In this document: one piece after another, positions 36,901 to 45,358 of the stretch
How positions within the stretch are numbered: the stretch's first letter is position 1
Layout: each line of letters opens with the position of its first letter
DNA from: Chlorokybus atmophyticus
Lineage: Eukaryota > Plantae > Mesostigma and Chlorokybus algae
Length of the DNA: 64,000 nt
Assembly (NCBI GenBank): GCA_009103225.1
Contig: RHPI01002714.1
Location: 4,793-68,792, forward strand
Direction of reading: 5' to 3'
Translations under genes and position numbers: made by a program
Notes under the pieces: generated by a model
Seen by the model: only the letters and a program-made list of their open reading frames with translations
Told to the model about the DNA's origin: nothing
Databases searched by the model: none

Positions 36901-38926
36901 ATGTTCGCACATGTGACGTGTGTCAACGTAATAAGCCACTACGACAAAAACAAGCGGGATTGCTTAAACCATTGGCAATTCCAGAACAAAAGTGGGATAG
37001 TGTCAGTATGGATTTGATTACTGACCTACCTGAAACAGCAGCTAAATACACTGCTATTGTGGTTTTTGTCGACCGTTTGACTAAAATGGTGCATTTTGCC
37101 CCGTGTTGCACAACTGTAAGTGCACGGGACTTGGCACACTTATTTGTGTCCACGGTCTTTCGCGTTCACGGTATACCGCGTGAACTTGTCACAGATCGTG
37201 ATCCTCGTTTTGTCTCCAAGTTTTGGCGAGAAGTCTGTGAATTGTTGGGGGTAAAACAAAGCATGTCGACTGCTTTCCACCCGCAAACGGACGGTCAAAC
37301 TGAGCGAGCAAATCAAATACTGGAAGAAATGCTTCGCCACTATGTGGCTCCTAATCATGCTGATTGGGACAGGTACTTGCCAATGGCAGAGTTCGCTGTG
37401 AACAACGCGTGGCAAGAAAGTGTAAAGGAAACCCCATTTTTCTTGAATTATGGGATTCGCCCAAACACACCAGCGTCATTGCGTGTACCTCGCCATGCCG
37501 TGACTGTGCCAGCGGCAAAGGAATTTGCCACTAATATGCAAGAAAATTTGGCTCGAGCCAAGCTGTGTCTGTCAGAAGCACAGGACAGGCAAAAAGCTTA
37601 TGCTGATACACATCGAAAAATGGCCACTTTCGATGTCGGCGATAAAGTTTTGCTTAATGCAAAAAACATAACCATCAAAGGTACGGGTGCTCGCAAGTTG
37701 CTGCCCCGATGGTTAGGTCCTTTCTCTATCACTGATAGAGTTGGTACGCACGCTTATCGACTGCAATTGCCCCCAAGTGTGCGTATACACAACGTGTTTC
37801 ATGTAAACTTGTTGAAACCTTACCGCTCAGACGGTAGAACACAGCCTCCACCACCGCCAATTGAGGTGGACAGCGAGCTCGAATACGAGGTGGAAGCTAT
37901 ATTGAACCATAAGCTAAATGGTCGAGGACGCGCAACTCGCTATTTGGTGAAATGGAAAGGGTATGGCCCGGAACATAACAGTTGGGAGCCCGACAGGCAT
38001 CTTACGCACTGCCGCGAGTTGCTTCGAGCTTATTGGGATTCATGTCCTGTCCCATAAACTGTGGGCTTGGTTTTATGACAGACTGGCAGTGCAGTTTCAT
38101 TACCACCCTGTCATTTCCTGCTATCTCACTGGTTACAATCACTCGAAATCAAGCCTGATCAACTTGAGTTCAACGAGGACGTTGAAAACTTAAGTGGGGG
38201 GGAATGTAACGGGAGCAATAATAATAGGGGTATTATTGCTACCTAAATAACACATTTTGTATGAATAAGTATTTAAATATGCTTATTTATACCTCTTTTC
38301 TACGGTTCCTCGCTTATTAAAGGCTATGATGCTTTATCATAGCTTAAATAAGTCCCAATGGGTGTAGAACCGCTTATTCAAGCCTATTTAATGTCACATT
38401 TGATATAATGTGATCACTATCTCGTTAGGTACCTTACGATAGGTATCTTTGGATAGGTACCTTATCGATAGGTACCTTATCTGAGCTGTGATTGGCTCAC
38501 GCTAGATTTCCTAACTACCCTATCTGTAGGGTCGATGTCTAGTTGTGAGTTAATTATCGAGAGGTATATAATTGATATACTCTTGATATAAAAGGTCACA
38601 TCAATCTGATGTGGGGACTTTTCAGTTCTCTGCTCAGGGGCGGCCACGCCGTCGAAAGGCTTGTCATAGGCGGTGTGGGTGTTGGGGTAGAGGATTGAAG
38701 GGGCATCACCGGCGACGGTGGTGCTGTTACACGCCCTCTCCTGGCACAATCCCTATGTAGATGCACATATGTTTGGTTCGCCCGCATTGACATAGCGTGT
38801 TCGTGCAGGTGCCTCAGCATAGGGATGGAGGTGCGTGCGGGCTGTTTGTCATGGTTTACCTTGACAAGTTTATAGATGGGATACAAGCTGGTCCAATCGA
38901 GCAAAACGCCGATATTTTAGCAGGTA
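30979..38926 (+). CDS. Ulp1/SENP (C48) protease exons; the gypsy element lies in intron 31712-38808
   Basis: ELNDTVLHFF, LFNPHFYTKI, RWAK, HWSLLLVCNPG, IVHLDSL, then after the intron VPQHRDGGACGLFV: His, Asp and Cys of the triad are present. Confidence 0.8.
31752..32278 (+). repeat. Gypsy 5' LTR
   Basis: Matches 38205-38731. Confidence 0.97.
32280..32291 (+). promoter_or_regulatory. Primer-binding site (initiator tRNA-Met type)
   Basis: TGGTATCGGAGC immediately after the 5' LTR; the canonical plant iMet site is TGGTATCAGAGC. Confidence 0.85.
33150..34325 (+). CDS. gag: Gag (capsid + CCHC zinc knuckle)
   Basis: ARNQLHNLRQNGRPVQQYIQDF..FRRGL; CSFCKKTGHGEATC; ends in TAG. Confidence 0.92.
   Translation: MEENSVPTSKGESSEKEQPSREEEFPSMEDIPNPDDAPDESQAAKAAEASVDDRSPSIFPEFSIRMTQQDLMEHFLSTYDQDPREAIVSFVNFLFLLAEKVSKLTTFMGRDWEGQMGEGKRVLNMIERLQRADGGPPVQALARPAEFVPNKQAAIFDWLVKLRHYVNSLHISEEGKLRVAELLIPNDALAEWYRRKQRDTNLGREVNQLCFFMEQRYGGADPAQVARNQLHNLRQNGRPVQQYIQDFQSFVSKINAGKLPISDADQLDMFRRGLDTDLVQHVAVNPASLQEWASTDLPMLMQMVAAVDSVKRSHANMQTTAKEAAPVSAAKRPATGNKPFVKKAKPSHPAGPYNAAKSIITCSFCKKTGHGEATCYAKQNAQKAKQQREKK
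34329..38057 (+). CDS. pol: Pol: extra N-terminal segment, protease, RT, RNase H, integrase, chromodomain
   Basis: LIDTGA; RMCIDYRALN; YLDD; ISDAS; H..H..C..C; SMDLIT / TDRD / TERAN; WLGPF; YEVEAIL..YLVKWKGYGPEHNSWEP. Same frame as gag; no ATG at the start. Confidence 0.95.
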   Translation: MSVVGSLVEQNDFKNSVLLDKVSSLCDVSDVWTDMSTPPVLRNANGCVLINVPFSELVTAVKHLHELQLQHAVTACVVIPRYHGPWSRLLKGGEVIMQLSRKDTGASPLQVIFIKSATNHGTPTLATFDGHSVPLKWRFESQLMGTPCTALIDTGANHNFVEHAWVKRNNIPFTPVTSYVRAAGSTLNAMGEVKGRFVINGHITRPAFIVVDIGIPGVDVVLGEQWHTEAGLQSDSRANTCTLRKGKRRMTLTASVLARIPRDNVPLLSAMQLKRCMRKREEVYLLHLRQVETPAEQAISDPVVQSLTEQYADVFQDELPELPPDRNIHHTIPLEEGAKPPWRPIYRLSPLEHAEMEKQLKELLDKGLITKSISPFGAPILFVPKKNGKLRMCIDYRALNKVTVKNRYPLPRIDDLFDKLSGATVFSTLDLTSGYHQIKIHPSDIQKTAFRTPLGHFEYKVLPFGLTNAPATFQTAMNAVFADELYKFVLVYLDDIIVFSKTREDHHKHVELVLARLREHKFYANLSKCNFAKDELPFLGHVIGKEGLKPDPQKVCAVKDWPPPKDVHQLRAFLGLANYFRKFMRAYSGMANPLTSLLRKDVKFVWTEAHEVAFTRIKDALTQAPVLAFPDHTKPFVVISDASTIGCGAVLLQDDRPCAYESRKFIPAERNYTTTEQELLGVVHALRTWRCYLEGVEFSVITDHNPLTFFHTQQNLSRRQARWNEFISRFTFTWQYRPGRTNVADPLSRSPALLALTRSRSTRNVQQPEDPFLKEVSTGYNSDDWFSSQTNLQQLTAVSNLWYKGEQLAIPNSGDLRKQCLHSVHDPPYAGHLGKHKTLKSAQQLYWWPSMSADVDQYVRTCDVCQRNKPLRQKQAGLLKPLAIPEQKWDSVSMDLITDLPETAAKYTAIVVFVDRLTKMVHFAPCCTTVSARDLAHLFVSTVFRVHGIPRELVTDRDPRFVSKFWREVCELLGVKQSMSTAFHPQTDGQTERANQILEEMLRHYVAPNHADWDRYLPMAEFAVNNAWQESVKETPFFLNYGIRPNTPASLRVPRHAVTVPAAKEFATNMQENLARAKLCLSEAQDRQKAYADTHRKMATFDVGDKVLLNAKNITIKGTGARKLLPRWLGPFSITDRVGTHAYRLQLPPSVRIHNVFHVNLLKPYRSDGRTQPPPPPIEVDSELEYEVEAILNHKLNGRGRATRYLVKWKGYGPEHNSWEPDRHLTHCRELLRAYWDSCPVP
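38192..38204 (+). promoter_or_regulatory. Polypurine tract
   Basis: AAGTGGGGGGGAA directly before the 3' LTR. Confidence 0.85.
38205..38731 (+). repeat. Gypsy 3' LTR
   Basis: Matches 31752-32278. Confidence 0.97.
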
Positions 38927-39199
38927 CAGCTCATGCATTGGAATGTCTCCATATGGCAGCTGCCTTAGTGCAAAGTCGTGTAGGGTGACATGTGTTGAGC
39001 AACCAGATGGTGTGGGTGTGTGCAACGCAGATGCAAAAGGATTGGTTTCGTCCAAAAGAGGCAGACAGCTTAAGGAGACGACTGCGAACACTCATGGACA
39101 GCATGCCAGCACAGCAAACGTCACGGCGGATGTGAAGTAGCAGGCGGTTGGTACATAGCTAAATTGTAGTCAAAAGCACAGGTTCATTGGCCAGCTGTG

Positions 39200-39775
39200 T
39201 AATAGTAGCCCAAGCTAACTTTGTGCTTAATAGAATTTAGAATGCAAGAAATTAGCATGCTTGCCTTTTCAATGGCACTTGGGACTTGGTGTAATATCAC
39301 AGCGGCAGTTTTGCCAAGTGGTGTTGAACATTCAATGGCACTTGGGACTTGGTGTTTTTCATGCTATATGTTCCCTGAATATGACGGTGACTATGCAATG
39401 GTATTTAGGACTCAGGGTTTTCGCGGCAAGCCGTAGCCAGCACCACACACGCTGGGTGATTATTCTGCTGTTTGGGCACTGACAATTCATTGTACCATAT
39501 CGTTCATCAAGTACAACTTGACTGACCTTGAATATGCACGAAATACTCATTTTGAAATTCAAAGTGTACGGGTTGAAACGAGGTTCAGTGGTATGTACGT
39601 TGAATATGAATGCGTCTTGCGGGTTAAGAACGCTGTTCCTTTTGGCAGGGATGGGACAGAAAGTACAATAACCATTGGATATTCACGGACAAAAGGCGTG
39701 AAACGGATCAAGTCATTAATATTCAGACGAAATGGCGTGTTTAATCAGGACTCGGGGGGTCCCAAAATTCTGGTG
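39200..39775. repeat. E1 right subterminal repeats and TIR (39718-39775)
   Basis: TGAATAT motifs; AATGGCACTTGGGACTTGGTGT occurs twice; end ...GGGGGGTCCCAAAATTCTGGTG followed by AAA. Confidence 0.85.
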
Positions 39776-39778
39776 AAA

Positions 39779-40562
39779 TACCCACTGACATCAGCAGGCT
39801 CAGATCATTCTTCGGGCTTGTAAACTACTATCGTCGGTTTGTGAAAGACTTTAGCAAGTTGAACAAACCTTCAAATGACTTGTTGAAGGAAAAAACCCAT
39901 AGGCAATGATGTAAAAATTGCCAGCAAGCATTGAGCTGATTAAGGAGAGAAACTCGGCGAAGCACCAGGACTGAGAACATCTGACTACAACTAGCAGTTC
40001 ATCTTCCATATAACTTGGAGCAAGTTGGGCATCGGTGCTGTGGTATGCCAGAAAAATAAGTGACGGAGCAGAATATGTGGTTGCATTTGCTAGCGAAAGC
40101 AACAACAAAGCTAAAGGCAATTACAGCTCCTATAAAGGGGAATGTTTGGTAGCAGCATGGGCATTTGTACCATTCAGGCCTCTCGCCTTCGGAAGGCGTT
40201 TCAAGCTGTTAACTGACCATCAACCTTTCGAGTAGTTGCTTACCAACAGCCACCTAATCGAAAAGCATGCTCGCTGAGCATTAATCCTACAAGAGTATAC
40301 TTCATCATATAGCACCCGGCAGGGTCGGCCAACATGGACACAAACGGATTGACCAAAATCCTGTTCCTGACATCAAAGATGAGAGTGAGGCTCGGCATGA
40401 TTACGAGCCAGATACCCGTGTTGCTGCAAATATGGCAGCACTACTCGTCGTTGCGGGGTGTGCAATGATTGAGTACGAGCAAGTGGTGGACACCCCCACG
40501 AACAGTGAGGAGACAATCCGCTGTGCAGTTGAGGCTGAGGGGGTCACCCCCGTTGAGGACGA
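39779..40562 (+). pseudogene. Old Ty3/gypsy relic, part 1 (RT end and RNase H)
   Basis: RLRSFFGLVNYYRRFVKDFSKL; YVVAFAS..NYSSYKGECL..RFKLLTDHQPF; many stops. Confidence 0.85.
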
Positions 40563-43140
40563 TGTTGGAATGGACGATGACAAGCACACACATGCACAAG
40601 AGCACGCCACAACACCAACGTCAGGAGACCATACAAGACCATCTATTGCCATCATGTCCACGGGTTTTATACCCGCCAGCTATACATGCTTCTACTCCAA
40701 AACTACAGCATCTAGCACACTCAACCATAACTTGCGTTCGGATTTGCTCCATGTAGCTAGCTTCAAGAGCTTTCCAACAAGCTGCAGCACACGCCAAATA
40801 GTCAAGTAACCACCGATATTCAATTATTCTACTACAGCGCCTGAAAGTCTCCAGACACTAGACTCGCTGACGCGCCTGGACCTTTCGACTTGAGTCGCTG
40901 GAACCGTCTAGCGCCTATTCCTATGCAAAAGGCAAGCTGACCGATTGACCTAGATGTAGGAATATCCTCAACACTCCCACGCGGGCATCTTAGCCTTCAC
41001 ACCTTCACCTTTGTAGCTCATGTGCCGCTAGCTCTCGTACTAGCCTTGCTCCTCTTCTTGTTTGCAATTGCCAAGAAGCCTTTCACCTTCCCTTCTTGCT
41101 CCACCTCTTCCACCATGCTTCCCATAAGCGCTGAGAATCGGTTCGCCTTGAAGTAGTTATCCTCCACATCACCTTGAGCCTCCCGGTAGACCTTCAACCC
41201 CTCGCTCTTTTGCTGCACATGCTCGCTGCCGCCCTGCGCCTGCTGCACCTCTCTTTTTGAGATAGCAACTCCAACCCTAGTAATAGCTCTTGGCTCTTCC
41301 TTAGCCACCTTGCTTTCCACCACTTGCTTGGAGCTCCTTGGAGCTCCTAAGGGCTCCGAGCTCGTCCGCTTCACAACAATCTTCAGTGCCTCCTTATTGC
41401 CTTGACCTTGTGGTGTCTTGAATGCTCCCTTCTTAACTACCTTTATCGCTGCAACATCCTTGTGCGTCTTGTCCTCCTCTACGTAGTAGAGTCCGGGCTT
41501 GTTAATGCCTACTACATGTGTAACGCCCCCAAGTACTATCCTAGCCTTGTCCGCATCGATCACAACTCTAGCACCAACCCTCGTGGCTACACGTACTGAG
41601 AACAAACTAGCTGATGCGCCTGGCACATACAGTACATCTCCAAGCACAACCTTCTTAACTACACCACCAACCTTGCACCTGAGGTTGGCATCTCCCTTTG
41701 CAACAGCGTCCACCATCTTCTTGTTCCCAAAATCCACCGTGACTGGCTTGGACAAACGAGTGAGGTTGATGAGCTTGCTCCTGTCGCTTGTGAGATGCTT
41801 GCTTGCTCCCGTATTCAGCACCCACCCAGGATACTCCGCTCCTTCATCAGATGCATGAAAAGCACATACCGCTCCGCACCACCAGCCGTCATTCTCTTCC
41901 ACTTGGGACACTTGCTCACATGATTACGCTCCGCGCAATGCCAACACTCCTCGTTGCTGCCTCGAGCGCTCTTCTTCTCATGTGCATGCCTCGATGAAGT
42001 CTCGAATGCCACACCACCGGGTTGAGCTCCGTTCTCTATTTCATCCTCTTTCCTCAAGCGTTGCTCCTTTTGAAGAAGCCGTGGTGTCACCCCATCAAAC
42101 GTCAAGACCTCCGCTGACGATTCCAAAATTGTGACAACAATCGTATACTCTTTGGACGAACCTGAGAGCACAGCCTTAACAAACTCCACCTCTTTAAGCT
42201 CATGGCCAACGCAAGCAAATCTCTCCACAACGCGCGCGCCATGAACTTGACAATGGCCTCTCCGCTCTTATTGCGCAACGAGTTGAGCTCCTCCCTCAGC
42301 TGCAGTCACCTCACCATGTTACGCGTCTTGGAGTGGTTTTCAAGCTTCTTTAGAAGCTCCCTTGCATCCTTGCACTCCCTCACTAGCACCAAGTGATGAT
42401 TCGCCATGTGCAAGCCAATGAGCGCCAAAGCCTTCCTCCCTTGACGCCCAAACACTCGCCTCACCAACGGGAGCATTCTTCTTCGGGTCTATATACTTCC
42501 ACAACTCTTTGTGGGCTAGTAGCAGCTCCATCTTCACGCTCCAGGTATTGTAGTTGTCAATGTTTAGTGAGTCGATCGCAAACTTGATGCCGTCCATGCT
42601 TGTGACCTTCGTTGCCCCTCTCCTACTCGCAGACCTTGCAACCTACTACTCTCACAGCATCCACACCTACTCACACAATTCAACTCAGGACAACCTACAC
42701 AAGCATGTGTGGGCCCATAACCTGTTGAGATGGACGATGACAAGCATACACAAGTGCACGCCACAACACCATCATCGGGAAACTATATAAGACCATCTAT
42801 TGCCATCATGTCCACGGGTTTTATAACCGCCAGCTACACATGCTTCTACTCTAGAAGCTACTGCATCTAGCACACGCAGCTATAACCTGCGCTCTAATTT
42901 GCTCCACGTAGCTAGCTTCATGAGCTTTTCAACAAGCTATGGCACGCCAAATAGTCACGTAACCACCGAGATACAAGCAATCCACCACAGCGCCTGGAAG
43001 TCTCTCTCCGGACTCGCCAACGTGCCGCTTGAACCTTCTCGCGCCTGGACCTCTCGACCGAGTCGCCTGGAACCTTTTAGCGGCTATTCCTATGCAGAGG
43101 GCAAGCTGACCGGCTGACCTAAATGTAGGAATCCCCAACA
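40563..43140 (-). mobile_element. Ty1/copia element 2, internally deleted (gag-protease only)
   Basis: LTRs 40563-40973 and 42723-43140 (TGTTG...CAACA, clearly diverged from each other); TSD gacga/cacga; primer-binding site GGTTATGGGCCC; polypurine tract GCGTGGGAGT. Confidence 0.88.
41018..42597 (-). pseudogene. gag: Copia gag and protease, frameshifted
   Basis: LNIDNYNTWSVKME; FVKAVLSGSSKEY; CWHC..RNHV; WVLNTGASKHLT (catalytic D replaced by N); DVLYVPG..SLFSV. Confidence 0.88.
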
Positions 43141-43145
43141 CACGA

Positions 43146-43401
43146 TACCATCAAGGGCGATATCTGACTGGATCCGGAAGCCCTGATGTATCTAAAGACC
43201 GGAAATTACCCACCAGCTGCAAGTTTGCTAACAAAGGACCGCGTTTGACGCCGGTCTCAGTGCTACGATTGGAATCAAGACAAGGTACAAGATAATACAA
43301 GACGGCACCATAAAAATGGTGCCACCACTATTCGACAGAGAGGCGGTTGTGCGCAAGCTGTATTATTGGGACATTTTGGGGTGAAGCGCACACTGGCGCT
43401 A
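43146..43401 (+). pseudogene. Old gypsy relic, part 2 (start of the integrase zinc-binding region)
   Basis: Ends GHFGVKRTLAL exactly at the E2 insertion site. Confidence 0.75.
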
Positions 43402-43899
43402 CGTCGCAAATTTTACACGGTGACTGACTAAGGACTGAGGGACTGACTGGTGCCTGAGCCTGCCTGAGCCTGCCTGTTGCTGCCTGAAATATTACTTTTG
43501 GACTGTTGGGTTTGCCGTTGGCTTAAGTGGACTGACGCAGACGGCCGCGGGCCGAAAGTGGTTGTCAGTGGCACTAACCGGCCGAGCGTTGTCAACCAGT
43601 TACCCTTTGGTGGATATGCACAGACGGCCGTTACCCGGTAGTTACGGACAGCTGACAGCAATAGCCGGCAGTTTCTTTGCCGTTACACTGCTGGTAATAT
43701 GTGACCCTTGCCGTTTGACAAAAGTTGGCAATTCTTGCCGTAAGCCAACACTAACATGCCATGCAGCTTGTACAAACCTTGGACTGATTATTTGGTCTTG
43801 CACCTAAAAGCCCACAATATAAACAATGTACGGGCAGTGGTGAGAGTATGTCCACTTACAACTGAGCAGCCGACTTGCGCATGAAACTACCCTATAACA

Positions 43900-44920
43900 T
43901 TGAGTCTAGCTGTCGAACTCATGCGCAGCTTGTCAACCCGTGGTGCCTGCCTCAGAACTCCTCCTCAAACCCCCTCCTCCTGTTCCTCCTCCGACGAGTC
44001 TTCTGCTTCAACGCCGGAGTCATCTTCATCCGTTGCCTCGCTCGCTGACAGTACAGCGGCTACTTCATCCTTCAGCTTGAATGTTAGCGCCTCGCCGTGC
44101 ACGCGCATGCGCTTGATGGTCGCTTTGAGAGTGACCACCTGCATTTGGTAATGCTGTAAGAGTGGCGTGCTGCCAGAGGACTAGCCCATCAGCATACACA
44201 CGCTTACCTCGTCTTCCGCTTTGTTGCACTCCGCCAGGCAGACAGTCAGCCTGCCGCGCTGCTCTTGGTTCACTCTGACCAACATGGCAATCTGCAAGCA
44301 TACTGCTTAATTACCGCTGGAAACATTAAACTAGGTCATAGATTACCCGTTCGTTTGACTCCGCAGCTTCTCTTTTGCGACTTGTGAGCTCCCGCAAGTA
44401 GAAATAGGCTGTGCATTTGCGAGATTGGTCATGCTGTTCATGTGCATGACACTGGAGGTTGTGCATGAGGGTGTGCATGTCGTATTGACAATGTATGTCA
44501 AGTGCAAGATACTTGAGGCTGTGCATGTGCAAGATAAAAGAACCCTAGCATGTGGCATTGACAGTGCATCGTAACCCACCTTGGTTATGCCAGTCTTGTT
44601 TGGTCCCTTCAATCATGTTGCCGTGGTCGCAATTGCTGGTGGGTCGGATTTTCTTAGAGGCAGTATTGTGGTGTGCCTTTGCCCACTCGCAGGGGGAGCC
44701 CTGTAAGATATCGCCCGAGTCACTGTTGTCATTGGATGTGCCCTTAGTAGTCTTGGTGGGGTTTGACACCGAGGACACCCCTCCGGCACCCTGCCCGCAC
44801 TGTGCGAACATGGAATTCATCCCGGACCTCGACCACAATGCCCACTACGCCCCTGGCAGCGCCGCCAACGATCCACCAAATGCCACATACTCTCGGCATC
44901 ACGCCCATGTAAGGGCATAG
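43900..44920 (-). pseudogene. Hypothetical E2 cargo gene with an acidic region, divergent from the transposase
   Basis: Coding-like fragments (QVVTLKATIKRMRVHGEALTFKLKDEVAAVLSASEATDEDDSGVEAEDSSEEEQEE) with intron-like gaps and stops. Confidence 0.3.
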
Positions 44921-44974
44921 CTTGGTGGAGCTATCAATGGTGTTTTCATGCGCAGGGGGACTGACATTGCCAGA

Positions 44975-45200
44975 GTTGTCAATGGTACGAATTGCCATTG
45001 CCATTGTACAAAGGTACCATTTCAATGGTACCTTTCAATGGTACCTTTCAATGGTACCTTTGTACAATGCCTATACCTTTTGGCAAAGGCATCTTCGTAC
45101 CATTGAAACGGTTCAATCAGAATATATATGTATATAAAAATATCCAGAGACTCACCCTGGACGTGCAATGGCTCGATCGTACCATTATAATGGTACGACG
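44975..45200. promoter_or_regulatory. GTAC-rich cluster with GTACCAT-N4-ATGGTAC dyads and a TATA-like box upstream of the transposase
   Basis: 22-bp perfect palindrome TCGTACCATTATAATGGTACGA at 45177-45198; tandem TTTCAATGGTACC copies; TATATAAAA at about 45131. Confidence 0.55.
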
Positions 45201-45358
45201 GAGCCAGTGACTGGCGGCCAAGTTTCCCGCCTCTGGCATGCAGCGGTAGCGGTAGCGGTGGCGGTGGCGGTGGCGGCGGCGGCGGCGGCGGGTGTGCGTG
45301 TTGCTGGATATGATGCAGGTTACATTGGCGACACCTGTGTCGACGTTAGTAGTGAGAT

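Larger units (their letters stand above)
31752..38731 (+). mobile_element. Full-length, young Ty3/gypsy chromovirus
   Basis: 527-bp LTRs (TGTAAC...GTTACA) differing at two positions that I found; 5-bp TSD CGCCC (31747-31751 and 38732-38736); primer-binding site and polypurine tract present; intact gag and pol. Confidence 0.97.
6848..39775 (+). mobile_element. E1: giant CACTA/EnSpm-superfamily DNA transposon (32.9 kb; about 26 kb without the nested gypsy)
   Basis: Imperfect TIRs starting CACCGG (6848) and CACCAG (reverse complement, ending 39775); AAA flanks both ends; TGAATAT-type subterminal repeats at both ends; Tnp2-type transposase inside. Confidence 0.85.

Noticed and set aside
3553-43140. 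Copia 1 (INT-RT-RH) and copia 2 (gag-protease) as two halves of one element split by E1
   Set aside because: Copia 2 has its own LTR pair, polypurine tract and TSD, and the sequence right of E1 is gypsy, not the missing copia segment.
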